Positions 17,578 through 27,172 of a DNA stretch of 64,000 bases are shown here, one piece after another. The stretch lies in assembly GCA_001821395.1 (NCBI GenBank), contig MHLM01000014.1, positions 1 through 64,000 of the forward strand, given 5' to 3'. The translations under genes were made by a program, and so were the position numbers. Source of the DNA: Candidatus Lloydbacteria bacterium RIFCSPHIGHO2_02_FULL_50_18. Its GTDB lineage: Bacteria; Patescibacteriota; Minisyncoccia; Phycocordibacterales; UBA6899. The notes under the pieces were generated by a model that was given only the letters and a program-made list of their open reading frames with translations, made no database searches and was not told where the DNA came from. Position 1 is the stretch's first letter. Every line of letters begins with the position of its first letter.

Positions 17578-18734
17578 TAAAAATATTAATGATCTCTACC
17601 GACAGGTCGGTCTTCGACACAAACTCGGCGGTGCTTGCACGGCTCGTTGAGCAAGCCGGACTCGTGTCGGAACTCCACGTTGTCGTATTCACTCCGCGTG
17701 GAGAAAAATTCAAGAAATTTCATGGAGCAGAACATCTGATCATCCACCCGACGAGTTCGGCGGGGAGGTGGGCATATCTTCCGGATGCGTTCAGGTTGGC
17801 GCGATCGATCATCGCCCACCATGGGAATCGAGAAAAGTGGCTGATCACCACGCAAGATCCGTTCGAAACCGGCGCCCTCGGATATCTCATTGCGAAAACA
17901 CTTCATGTCCCGCTCCATTTGCAGATCCATACCGATCCGTGGAGCGAGGCATGGCAGCACGAACGCATCATGAATCGTGCACGGTTCGCCGTGATGGGTT
18001 TTCTTCTGCAGCACACCTCAGGTGTTCGTGTCGTATCAAAACGTGTTGAGGAGAGCGTGCTCCGAAGCGGGGTACCAAAAGAGTGCGTGACGCGCGTGCC
18101 GATCTTCACGGACGTAAGGAAGTGGAAGGAAACGACCCCGACATTCGATCTCCATGCTTCGTATCGCATGTTCGACAAGATCGTGCTTTCTATCGGGCGA
18201 CTGCAGCCCGAAAAGAATTTTCATGGATTGATCCGTGCATTCGCGCGCGTAAAGAAAGTACGCGACGATACCATGCTGCTTATTGTGGGCTCAGGGCCCC
18301 TCCGCGAGCGATTGCTTCTCCTCGCATCCTCACTCGGTCTGTCAGGCTCGGTGATCGTTCTTCCTTGGGCACGCGATGTCGTGTCGTACTACAAGACCTG
18401 CGACCTCTATGTACAGCCGTCGTTATATGAAGGGTGGGGTCTTGCCGTCGCTGAGGCAATGGCCGCAGGTGCTCCCGTGCTCATGACCGATGTCGGGGTG
18501 GCGGGAGAGCTTGTACGTGACAAGGAGACAGGCATCGTTATTCCCGTGGGTGACGAAGGCGCACTCGCCGATGCGATGCTCGAAATACTCGCAGATGCTA
18601 CACTGCGAACAATCCTTTCAGCAGCAGCGGCGCGCGAAGTGGAACAATTGCCGACCCACGCAGAAACACTCGCGGCATACAGGGCGAGCTGGGTGAATGC
18701 GCATCATTATGGACACAAAAAAACAAAAAAATAG
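17574..18734 (+). CDS. glycosyltransferase family 4
   Basis: C-domain YEGWGLAVAEAMAAGAPVLMTDVG. Overlaps the previous stop by 4 bp, suggesting an operon. Confidence 0.7.
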   Translation: MIKILMISTDRSVFDTNSAVLARLVEQAGLVSELHVVVFTPRGEKFKKFHGAEHLIIHPTSSAGRWAYLPDAFRLARSIIAHHGNREKWLITTQDPFETGALGYLIAKTLHVPLHLQIHTDPWSEAWQHERIMNRARFAVMGFLLQHTSGVRVVSKRVEESVLRSGVPKECVTRVPIFTDVRKWKETTPTFDLHASYRMFDKIVLSIGRLQPEKNFHGLIRAFARVKKVRDDTMLLIVGSGPLRERLLLLASSLGLSGSVIVLPWARDVVSYYKTCDLYVQPSLYEGWGLAVAEAMAAGAPVLMTDVGVAGELVRDKETGIVIPVGDEGALADAMLEILADATLRTILSAAAAREVEQLPTHAETLAAYRASWVNAHHYGHKKTKK

Positions 18735-19755
18735 TCAAAAAACAAAAAAGGAAGTACGTCATTTTCCGAAGTCCAAACCTAAGGTCGTCGTGATGGGCGG
18801 TGGCACTGGAACCTTTACAGTACTCTCAGGTTTGAAGCACTTTCCCGTTGACCTCACCGCAATCGTTACAATGGCGGACGATGGTGGTTCGACAGGGGTA
18901 CTCCGCGATGAGTTTGGCGTGCTTCCACCGGGCGACCTGCGGCAGTGTCTTGTCGCACTCTCCGACGCGGATCTCGTCATACGCAAGCTCTTCAATCATC
19001 GCTATGATCGCGGAGGGCTCAAGGGGCACAATTTCGGAAATATTTTCATCTCAACGCTCGAGCAGGTGACGGGCTCTCTCGATAAGGCTCTTGATCTCGC
19101 GGGAGAGATACTGCATATCCGCGGAAGGGTTGTTCCGGTCACGCTCACCAAGGTGGAACTGATCGCGGAGTTGAATAATGGGAAGATCATCCACGGTGAA
19201 TCGGCTCTTTCAGACTATCAGCTGGTATCGCGTTTCGGGATACAGAAGATCTATCTTAAACCGAAAGCTACGGCAAACCCGAAGGCACTCCTCGCGATAA
19301 AAGAGGCCGATCTGATCATTGTCGGTCCCGGAAATCTTTATGCGTCACTCATACCGAACTTTCTGGTGAGTGGTGTAGGTGCGGCATTTGCACAATCAAA
19401 GGCAAAGAAGGTCTATGTGGCGAATCTGATGAATAAGAACGGGCACACTGATGATTTCTTTGTCTCAGATTATGTCCGTGCACTTGGTGGAGCCATCGGA
19501 AAGAAAAATGTTTTTGATGCAGTCATTTACAATACAAAAAAGCCGGCATCGGCATTGCTTCGTAAATATGCTGATGAAGGTGAATCGGTCAGTTGTGGTG
19601 ATGAGTGCAAAAAGGGGGAATTCGAGCTCATCGGCGCGAACCTCCTTGCGGATACGCTCGCAAAGACGGCAAAAAAAGACCTCATCTATCGCACGCTCAT
19701 TCGTCATGATCCGGACAAATTGGCGAACATCATTATGAAGTTACTTCGCAAGTAG
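18697..19755 (+). CDS. YvcK/CofD-family protein (gluconeogenesis factor / 2-phospho-L-lactate transferase-like, UPF0052)
   Basis: Hallmark VVVMGGGTGTFTVLSGLK and MADDGGSTG motifs. An alternative ATG lies at 18709. Confidence 0.7.
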   Translation: MRIIMDTKKQKNSQKTKKEVRHFPKSKPKVVVMGGGTGTFTVLSGLKHFPVDLTAIVTMADDGGSTGVLRDEFGVLPPGDLRQCLVALSDADLVIRKLFNHRYDRGGLKGHNFGNIFISTLEQVTGSLDKALDLAGEILHIRGRVVPVTLTKVELIAELNNGKIIHGESALSDYQLVSRFGIQKIYLKPKATANPKALLAIKEADLIIVGPGNLYASLIPNFLVSGVGAAFAQSKAKKVYVANLMNKNGHTDDFFVSDYVRALGGAIGKKNVFDAVIYNTKKPASALLRKYADEGESVSCGDECKKGEFELIGANLLADTLAKTAKKDLIYRTLIRHDPDKLANIIMKLLRK

Positions 19756-19760
19756 TCTAT

Positions 19761-20729
19761 ATGAAAATTTTAGTTACAGGAGTCGCAGGGGCAATAGGCT
19801 CACATGTTGCAGAAGCGCTTGCCAAGCGTGGCGATGCGGTCTTTGGCATTGATAATATTGATCCATATTATGATCCCGTCATCAAGATGTTGGCTCTTGC
19901 TGATGTGAAAGAGGCCGGGGTGGAGGTCGTCATTGCCGACATCAATACCATTGATCTCACTACGCTTGGTAACGACATCGAGGCGATCGTGCATTTTGCG
20001 GCACAGCCCGGAATCTCGGCGGGAACACCCTTTGCGCAGTATGTTGCGAACAACATTCACGCCACGTATGCGTTGCTTGAATATGCAAAAACATTACCGA
20101 AACTGAAATTATTTTTACACATCTCCACCTCGTCAGTGTATGGCCGCTCGGCACGGGGAAGTGAGGATGTTGTGCCGATGCCGACCTCTCCGTACGGGGT
20201 CACCAAGCTCGCGGCTGAACAGCTCGCACTGTCCCGTTTTCGTAGTGATGGGTTGCCCGTCGCCGTCTTGCGTTTATTTTCTGTCTACGGTCCGCGCGAG
20301 CGCCCTGAGAAGCTCTATCACAAGCTCACTCACGCGATGCTCTTGGATAAGCCGTTCCCTCTCTATGAAGGGAGTGAGAAACACGAGCGGAGCTTTACCT
20401 ACGTCGGAGACGTGGTTGATGCCTGCCTCCGTGCGCTCGATCGTTATGAAACAATAGTGGGGGAGATCATCAATATCGGTAGTAGTGCCGTACACACGAC
20501 GGGGGAGGGTATCCGTATCATCGAGTCGCTCGCCAGGAAGAAGGCGGAGCTCGTTCTTGTCCCGCCTCGCTACGGAGACCAGATAGATACGAAAGCTGTG
20601 ATTGAAAAAGCAAAGCGATTGCTCGATTTCGTCCCGAATGTTTCACTTGAAGAAGGACTGCAAAGACAGTTCGATTGGCACGAAAAGAAACTTTTTCCGC
20701 ATCTGAAAAAAGAAGGCAAAATTACCTAA
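19761..20729 (+). CDS. NAD-dependent nucleotide-sugar epimerase/dehydratase (extended SDR, GalE/WbpP-like)
   Basis: ILVTGVAGAIGSH Rossmann motif, catalytic YGVTK (YxxxK). Confidence 0.75.
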   Translation: MKILVTGVAGAIGSHVAEALAKRGDAVFGIDNIDPYYDPVIKMLALADVKEAGVEVVIADINTIDLTTLGNDIEAIVHFAAQPGISAGTPFAQYVANNIHATYALLEYAKTLPKLKLFLHISTSSVYGRSARGSEDVVPMPTSPYGVTKLAAEQLALSRFRSDGLPVAVLRLFSVYGPRERPEKLYHKLTHAMLLDKPFPLYEGSEKHERSFTYVGDVVDACLRALDRYETIVGEIINIGSSAVHTTGEGIRIIESLARKKAELVLVPPRYGDQIDTKAVIEKAKRLLDFVPNVSLEEGLQRQFDWHEKKLFPHLKKEGKIT

Positions 20730-20929
20730 TACCATCCCCAGTTAACTCTTTCTGCTCACAGAAGTTTCAAAGGTGAGTCCTTGTCTTTGAAAGATCTCTC
20801 CTTGGAAACTGATTCGGAAGACCTTAACGAGAGATGGTATAAGGTGATTGCCATGCGACCATTACTCGGTTAATATGTCCAGACTACAGTACGCGTAACG
20901 TTTTTTGTTTTTACGTAGTTACCACTTGT

Positions 20930-22009
20930 ATGAATAAGACCATCGGATTCATTGGACAGGGCTGGATAGGGAAAAATCTCGCAGACCATTTCGAGCGAAG
21001 GGGTTTTGATGTTCTGCGGTATGCGAAAGAGCCCGAATTCGAAATGAATAAAGAGGCGATCGCCGATTGCGACATCGTGTTCATCGCCGTGCCCACACCA
21101 TCAACACCCGAGGGTTTTGACGACCGAATTTTACGCGCAGTACTCCCGTTGGTTGGAAAAGGAAAAACCGCGGTCATTAAATCGACCATTCTCCCCGGTA
21201 CGACCGACGAATTCGCCGCACTGTATCCCGACCGCTTCGTGATGCATTCACCGGAATTTCTCCGCGAGACATCTGTGCGCAACGATATCGATTTTCCCGA
21301 CCGCAACATCGTCGGCATTCCATCGCGGTATTTTGATGATGAAATATGGCAGACAAAAGCGAGAGATGTCATGGAAGTGCTTCCCGATGCGCCGTATAAA
21401 GCGATCTGCAAAGCCCCCGAGGCTGAACTGACGAAGTATGGCGGGAATAATTTCCTTTTTGTGAAAGTCGTATTCATGAATCTCATGTACGATATCGCAA
21501 CGACACATGGAGCACGTTTTGACGTCATCGCCGAGAACATGAAAGCTGATCCGCGCATCGGAGCGTCGCATATGCAGCCGGTGCATCAGTATGACCATAT
21601 GGGCGGGATAGAGGGCCGCGGTGCGGGTGGGCATTGCTTCATCAAAGATTTTGCAGCTTTTCGTCAGATGTTCGAGCAACGTTTAGGAGACGATCAGGAG
21701 GCGGTCACTCTTTTGCGTGCTTTTGAGGCAAAGAACAACAAAATGCTTCGTGATTCGGGGAAGGACCTTGATCTCTTGGAAGGAGTGTACGGGAAACTGA
21801 ATGAGGATGTTGCTGAGATGCAGCAAGTCTTCATCAAAGAAGGTGACGACATCGCGGCGATGGAGATGGCTCGCGCGAAGGATGACCTCCCGACACTTGA
21901 AGCTGCATATACCCGCGCAGGAGAAGACCTCGTGAAGCTTACTGATGCCTACGAAGAAACCGGTGAAGATCTCACCGCAATAGAGGAGATCATTACCGAG
22001 AAGGAGTAG
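20930..22009 (+). CDS. UDP-glucose/GDP-mannose dehydrogenase-family-like protein, truncated (no C-terminal UDP-binding domain), with an acidic repetitive insertion
   Basis: N-terminal GFIGQGWIGKN NAD-binding motif and catalytic-Cys motif GGHCFIKD (compare GGSCFPKD). C-terminal EDL-rich repeats. Confidence 0.5.
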   Translation: MNKTIGFIGQGWIGKNLADHFERRGFDVLRYAKEPEFEMNKEAIADCDIVFIAVPTPSTPEGFDDRILRAVLPLVGKGKTAVIKSTILPGTTDEFAALYPDRFVMHSPEFLRETSVRNDIDFPDRNIVGIPSRYFDDEIWQTKARDVMEVLPDAPYKAICKAPEAELTKYGGNNFLFVKVVFMNLMYDIATTHGARFDVIAENMKADPRIGASHMQPVHQYDHMGGIEGRGAGGHCFIKDFAAFRQMFEQRLGDDQEAVTLLRAFEAKNNKMLRDSGKDLDLLEGVYGKLNEDVAEMQQVFIKEGDDIAAMEMARAKDDLPTLEAAYTRAGEDLVKLTDAYEETGEDLTAIEEIITEKE

Positions 22010-22012
22010 ATC

Positions 22013-22924
22013 ATGACAAAAAAATACCTGTTGGGTTTTATCGGACAGGGTTGGGTAGGAAAGAACTACGCCGACCATTTTGAAGATCGTGGCTTTACGG
22101 TCGTGCGCTACTCGCTTGAGGAGCCCTATGTACATAATAAAGAAGAGATCGCGAAGTGCGATATCGTGTTCATCGCGGTGCCCACTCCGACAACGCCAGA
22201 TGGCTTTGATGATCGATATATACGTTCAGTGATCGATCTGGTGGGGCGGGGAAAGGTTGCCGTTATAAAGTCGACGATCCCACCCGGAACGACGCGACGG
22301 CTAGCGAAAGAGCATACAGATAAATTTATCATTCATGCTCCGGAATTTTTACGCGAAGCATTTGCGCGTCATGATGTTGATCATCCTGAACGAGTTTTTG
22401 TCGGTATTCCCGACCTGTCAGAAGAGTATAAAAAATGGGGAAAGGTTGTTCTTGATATCCACCCCAAGGCACCTCATTCCGAAATGGTTTCTGCGGAAGA
22501 AGCGGAATTCATCAAGTATGTGCACAACACGATGGGGTATTCCCTGATCGTCTTTACGAATCTCCTCTATGATCTCGCGCAAAAGCATGGCGTTGAGTGG
22601 GCAAAAGTGAAAGAGGCTATCACGAACAATCCATGGTATCCGTCAAAATATATCGATCCGGTCCACAAGGGTGGACGCGGTGCCGGGGGGGCATGTTTCA
22701 TCAAAGACTTCGCGACGTTGCGGCACACCTATGAACAGGATCTTCCCAATGACGTGGAAGGACTCGCACTGCTTCGTGCATTTGAAGCAAAAAATAACCA
22801 AATGCTTCGCGATAGTGGAAAAGACATTGGCATTCTGGACGGCGTATATGGAATGCGAGGAGAGGGTATTGATAAGGACATCACCGCAATAGAGGAGATC
22901 ATTACCGAGAAGGAAGCGAACTAG
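22013..22924 (+). CDS. tandem paralog of the preceding truncated UGDH-like protein
   Basis: GFIGQGWVGKN and GGACFIKD motifs. The last 33 nt are nearly identical to those of the preceding gene (TAIEEIITEKE). Confidence 0.5.
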   Translation: MTKKYLLGFIGQGWVGKNYADHFEDRGFTVVRYSLEEPYVHNKEEIAKCDIVFIAVPTPTTPDGFDDRYIRSVIDLVGRGKVAVIKSTIPPGTTRRLAKEHTDKFIIHAPEFLREAFARHDVDHPERVFVGIPDLSEEYKKWGKVVLDIHPKAPHSEMVSAEEAEFIKYVHNTMGYSLIVFTNLLYDLAQKHGVEWAKVKEAITNNPWYPSKYIDPVHKGGRGAGGACFIKDFATLRHTYEQDLPNDVEGLALLRAFEAKNNQMLRDSGKDIGILDGVYGMRGEGIDKDITAIEEIITEKEAN

Positions 22925-23616
22925 GTCGGCTTTTGGGCAATCAAAACAATATTTCTTTCCACGCTATCACGCGGGACGGTATCAATGCCGAGAATGGTGA
23001 ATCCGTTCTCTTTAAAAAGTTCACGGAGTTCAGGTGCGGTGAATGCGTGTACATAGCGCGGCTGTTTCTTTTTTCCGAATGTGAGCATAACGTCGCGCAC
23101 GTCGAGCGAGTTAATTTGGAGCATTGAGCTGATCGCGCTTCGGAGCAGTCTTCCCACATATTTTCTTGACCAAAGGTCCCATGAAGTGATGATGAGTTTT
23201 CCGCCGGGATGCAGCACGCGAAATGCTTCGCGCGCGAACTCGTTCCTGCCCTCCTTGCCGGGTATGTGGTGGATGACGGCAAATGAAAATGCGATATCGA
23301 AACTATCGTCGGGAAAGGGGAGCGCCGTTGCATCACCAACAGTGAAGCATTGTTGTGGGAATTTACGCTTCGCCTCCTCTATGAGTCCGGATGAATAGTC
23401 GACACCGTCGTAGTGGGCATGACGCGCAGAAACCAGCGGGACAAAACGCCCGTTCCCGCATCCGATATCGAGTACATGATCGTCACGCTCGATATGCTCG
23501 GAAAGAAATGCCAGTTCATTCCAAAAGTGCGCGCGACTGTCGGAAAATTCCTTCGCCATCTGGTCATAGGAATGCTGTGTCTCCAAAGAGAGTATCTGTG
23601 CTTTTTTGTCGTTCAT
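22921..23616 (-). CDS. class I SAM-dependent methyltransferase (Methyltransf_11-like)
   Basis: VLDIGCGNGRF motif I and LHPGGKLIIT motif. The internal ATG at 23616 is preferred over the listed alternative start at 23784. Confidence 0.65.
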   Translation of the reverse strand: MNDKKAQILSLETQHSYDQMAKEFSDSRAHFWNELAFLSEHIERDDHVLDIGCGNGRFVPLVSARHAHYDGVDYSSGLIEEAKRKFPQQCFTVGDATALPFPDDSFDIAFSFAVIHHIPGKEGRNEFAREAFRVLHPGGKLIITSWDLWSRKYVGRLLRSAISSMLQINSLDVRDVMLTFGKKKQPRYVHAFTAPELRELFKENGFTILGIDTVPRDSVERNIVLIAQKPT

Positions 23617-23696
23617 ATTCGTAAGACCAGTGTATCGAGCGGCGAGATTTCTCGCAAATGGAGCCGTTTCGGTGTTCTTTCTTTCTGTGCTAGGAT

Positions 23697-24377
23697 GTGC
23701 AAATAATGACCAAAATGATGCAAGAAGCCAATGGTAACCTCGAACGCCGCTTTGCGGCTGTTTCTCGCTCAAAGACGCTTGCACACATTATTGCAGAGCT
23801 AGAACTCGACAAAAAGTCGGTTTTTGATATCGGGTGTTCATTCGGAGAATTTTTGACGCACTTTGGGGAGGGTAGCGTGGGGTTAACCATAGCAGAAAAT
23901 GAGGCAGCGCATGGAAAGATGAAGGGGCTTGATATTCGGCTCGGGAATATTGAATCTGATGATTTCAAGCTCGATGAACAATTTGATGCGATCTTTGCAA
24001 ACAATATCTTTGAACATCTCTATTCTCCACACGAATTTTTATGTAGGATAAAGCGCTATTTGAAACCAGGAGGAGTACTTGTTCTTGGTGTTCCTTGTAT
24101 CCCGCGCATTGCCTCCCTGATTCATTTTAAGAAGTTCAGAGGAAGCTTGGCGACTCAACATATAAATTTTTTTACGCGAGAGACCCTGTATCATACAGTT
24201 TTGCGTGGTGGATGGAATATTTCCGACATGCGGGGATTTCACTTCGCATGCCGCGTCGTTGATAAGCTGCTTGATCTCGTATATCCGCACTTTTATGTCA
24301 TTGCACACGTAGACCCCGATTTTGTGTATTCAGACAAAAGGCTCAAAGAATTAGCCGGATATAACAATATTCCATAG
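23697..24377 (+). CDS. class I SAM-dependent methyltransferase
   Basis: VFDIGCSFGEF motif I and LKPGGVLVLGVP. Confidence 0.65.
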   Translation: MQIMTKMMQEANGNLERRFAAVSRSKTLAHIIAELELDKKSVFDIGCSFGEFLTHFGEGSVGLTIAENEAAHGKMKGLDIRLGNIESDDFKLDEQFDAIFANNIFEHLYSPHEFLCRIKRYLKPGGVLVLGVPCIPRIASLIHFKKFRGSLATQHINFFTRETLYHTVLRGGWNISDMRGFHFACRVVDKLLDLVYPHFYVIAHVDPDFVYSDKRLKELAGYNNIP

Positions 24378-24383
24378 GGGGGG

Positions 24384-26081
24384 GTGGGAGACGGTTTGGT
24401 ATTTTTTACGCGTATGCTTTTTTCCAATATCCGCACTGATCAGGACGTCGAAAAACTCAAAAAACGCATTGTCAAAGATGCGACACTTTCCGCGCGTCTG
24501 CGTGAAATGCGTGAGGGCGGGGGAGGATATACCAAGACGGGAGAGTCGCGACACGACAAGAACGAACTGGACGGAAGCATCCAGATGCCGACAAAGTCAG
24601 AGGTACTTGCCCTCTATCGCGCGCTCGTTAAAGAGGGTACCGAAGAGGTCAATATTGAGGCGGAGATGGCACTCCGAAAGATCAAGACCAAATCTAATTC
24701 TGGGGTCGCTGTCGTGTCGCTCCTCACGAAGCCGTTCGCATGCCCTGGTCGTTGCACCTATTGCCCGACCGACATTTCGATGCCGAAAAGCTATTTGGCA
24801 AAAGAGCCCGCTGCCGCGCGCGCGCTTGCGAATGATTTTGATCCGTACGCGCAGATCACCGGTCGTTTGAAGGCGCTCGAGGATAACGGCCACCCCATCG
24901 ATAAGATCGAAATGATCGTGATAGGAGGCACGTGGAGCTTTTATCACCCCATCTATCAAGAAGAATTTCTCATCGGCTGTTATCGCGCGTGCAATGACTA
25001 TGTGGCGGGAAAAGATTCGCGTACTGAAATATATGAAGACAGGCTCGCGTATCTCCTCGAGCTTCAAGACGAGAACGAGCATGCGGCGTGTCGCATCATC
25101 GGTCTCTCCATCGAAACACGCCCCGATTACATCACTGACTTTGAGATCGAGCGCTTGCGTGCGTTTGGGGTAACAAAGGTGGAGATCGGCGTGCAGCACC
25201 TTGATGATGCTGTGTTGAAGTTAACGAAGCGTGACATGAAGATCGAACGCGTGAAACAGGCGACGGAGCTTCTTCGAAATGCGGGACTCAAGATCGTGTA
25301 TCACATGATGCCGAATCTGCCCGGCAGCACCGTTGCTCGGGACATCGCAATGTTCGGTGAACTCTTTTCCGGAGAGGATTTTCAACCTGACATGCTCAAG
25401 ATCTACCCCTGCATGGTCCTCGATAACAGTGAGCTGTATGAGACGTGGAAAAAGGGGCAATTCACCCCATATACCGATCAGGAGCTTATCGAGGTACTTC
25501 GGGGCGCAAAACAGCAGGTTCCTCCGTATGTGCGCATTTTGCGCGTTATACGCGATATTCCCGCGACTTACATCAAGGCGGGGAGCCACGTCTCGAATCT
25601 TCGTCAGGCAATGGACGAGGACATGAAAAAAAACGGTTGGCAGTGCAAGTGTATCCGTTGTCGTGAGATTCGCGAGGGGGAGGTGAATCCGGACGATTTT
25701 ATGCTTTCGAATATTACCTATCGGACAAGAACGGGGGAGGAACAGTTCTTAAGTTTTGAAAACCCCGGGGCACGGAAGCTCGTGTCGTTCACTCGTCTGC
25801 GTCTGCCAGACAATCATGGGGAAGACGCGGTGCTCCACGTACTTCGCGGTGCAGCACTCATCCGCGAGCTTCATACCTACGGTAGACATACGCGCGTGGG
25901 CGATGAGAGCAACCAGAGCCAGCATGTAGGATTTGGCCGCAGACTCATTGCGGAAGCGGAACGCATCGCCAAAGAAAAAGGCTACAAGAAAATGGCGATC
26001 ATCTCCGGCGTCGGCGTCCGCGAATATTACCGTAAGCTGGGATACGCGTTGGAGGGGACGTATATGATAAAATATCTCTGA
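24384..26081 (+). CDS. elp3: ELP3-family tRNA uridine(34) modification enzyme (radical SAM plus GNAT acetyltransferase domains)
   Basis: Radical-SAM cluster motif CPGRCTYC (CxxxCxxC), GGTWSF, MMPNLPGS, and a C-terminal GNAT segment QHVGFGRRLIAEAERIAKEKGYKKMAIISGVGVREYYRKLGY that closely resembles eukaryotic/archaeal Elp3. Confidence 0.8.
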   Translation: MGDGLVFFTRMLFSNIRTDQDVEKLKKRIVKDATLSARLREMREGGGGYTKTGESRHDKNELDGSIQMPTKSEVLALYRALVKEGTEEVNIEAEMALRKIKTKSNSGVAVVSLLTKPFACPGRCTYCPTDISMPKSYLAKEPAAARALANDFDPYAQITGRLKALEDNGHPIDKIEMIVIGGTWSFYHPIYQEEFLIGCYRACNDYVAGKDSRTEIYEDRLAYLLELQDENEHAACRIIGLSIETRPDYITDFEIERLRAFGVTKVEIGVQHLDDAVLKLTKRDMKIERVKQATELLRNAGLKIVYHMMPNLPGSTVARDIAMFGELFSGEDFQPDMLKIYPCMVLDNSELYETWKKGQFTPYTDQELIEVLRGAKQQVPPYVRILRVIRDIPATYIKAGSHVSNLRQAMDEDMKKNGWQCKCIRCREIREGEVNPDDFMLSNITYRTRTGEEQFLSFENPGARKLVSFTRLRLPDNHGEDAVLHVLRGAALIRELHTYGRHTRVGDESNQSQHVGFGRRLIAEAERIAKEKGYKKMAIISGVGVREYYRKLGYALEGTYMIKYL

Positions 26082-26115
26082 TCACCTTTTAGGGGAATCG
26101 CAGGTATTCATTGTT

Positions 26116-27168
26116 ATGAAATTACTCATCATCACGCAAAAGATCGATAAAAATGACGACGTACTCGGCTTCATGCACGGGTGGATCGAAGAGTTCGCCA
26201 AACACTGCGATGAGGTCATTGCAGTAGGGCTTTTTGTGGGGGCTTATGATTTTCCGTCGAATGTGCGGGTGTATTCGCTCGGGAAGGAAGACGGAGTTTC
26301 TCGCATAAAATATCTGTGGAATTTTTTCCTCATCATTTGGAGCGAACGGAAGAATTATGACGCCGTGTTCGTGCACATGAATCAGGTCTATGTGCTGCTC
26401 GGAGGTCTTATTTGGAAACTCATGGGAAAGAAGATTGCGCTTTGGTATGCACATGGATACGTACCATTTTCGCTTCGTGTCGCGTTGTTTTTTACTGATG
26501 CGGTCTTTACTTCTACCAGGAGCGGATTTCGTATTTCTTCAAAAAAAGTGAATATCGTCGGGCAGGGGATCGATACGGATCGCTTCTCCCTTATCGGGCA
26601 TGACAAGGTCGCCGATGAGCCCTTCACGATAATTATTGTCGGAAGAATATCACCCGTGAAAGACTATGAAACACTCTTGCGGGCAGCCGCGCTTGTGGCT
26701 GTATCTGGAGAGGAGATACGGGTGATCGTTGTGGGTGGCGCCGGTCTCGCTCCGCAAGAAGCATATCTTGCCGAGCTTCATGAGCTAACAAAAGAACTTG
26801 GCATCGACAATATCGTGTATTTCACGGGAGCGATACCCAACAGCGAGATAGGGAAACTCCTTGCTTCGTCACACGTTTTCGTGAATACGTCGAACACCGG
26901 GAGTTTTGATAAGGCTGTAGGTGAGGCGATGGCATCGGGGCTCCCTGTGCTGACCTCAAATGAGGCATTTCGTGAGGTGTTCGGAAGTATGGCATCGGAA
27001 TTCATGTTCTTTGCCGGCGATCATGAAGCACTGGCAAAGAAGATCCAAATCATGATAGCGAAGACAAATCCTGATCGGGAAGAGCTTGGGAAGACATTGC
27101 GCGGTATCATTCTCGCGCGACATAGCCTCGAGATGTTCGTGGGGAGGATCTTATCCCGTCATACATAA
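26116..27168 (+). CDS. glycosyltransferase (GT4-like)
   Basis: C-domain SFDKAVGEAMASGLPVLTS. Confidence 0.6.
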   Translation: MKLLIITQKIDKNDDVLGFMHGWIEEFAKHCDEVIAVGLFVGAYDFPSNVRVYSLGKEDGVSRIKYLWNFFLIIWSERKNYDAVFVHMNQVYVLLGGLIWKLMGKKIALWYAHGYVPFSLRVALFFTDAVFTSTRSGFRISSKKVNIVGQGIDTDRFSLIGHDKVADEPFTIIIVGRISPVKDYETLLRAAALVAVSGEEIRVIVVGGAGLAPQEAYLAELHELTKELGIDNIVYFTGAIPNSEIGKLLASSHVFVNTSNTGSFDKAVGEAMASGLPVLTSNEAFREVFGSMASEFMFFAGDHEALAKKIQIMIAKTNPDREELGKTLRGIILARHSLEMFVGRILSRHT

Positions 27169-27172
27169 AGAA

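Noticed and set aside
24597..25199. 200-aa minus-strand ORF inside the ELP3-like gene
   Set aside because: Antisense shadow ORF. The ELP3 frame has strong family motifs along its whole length.
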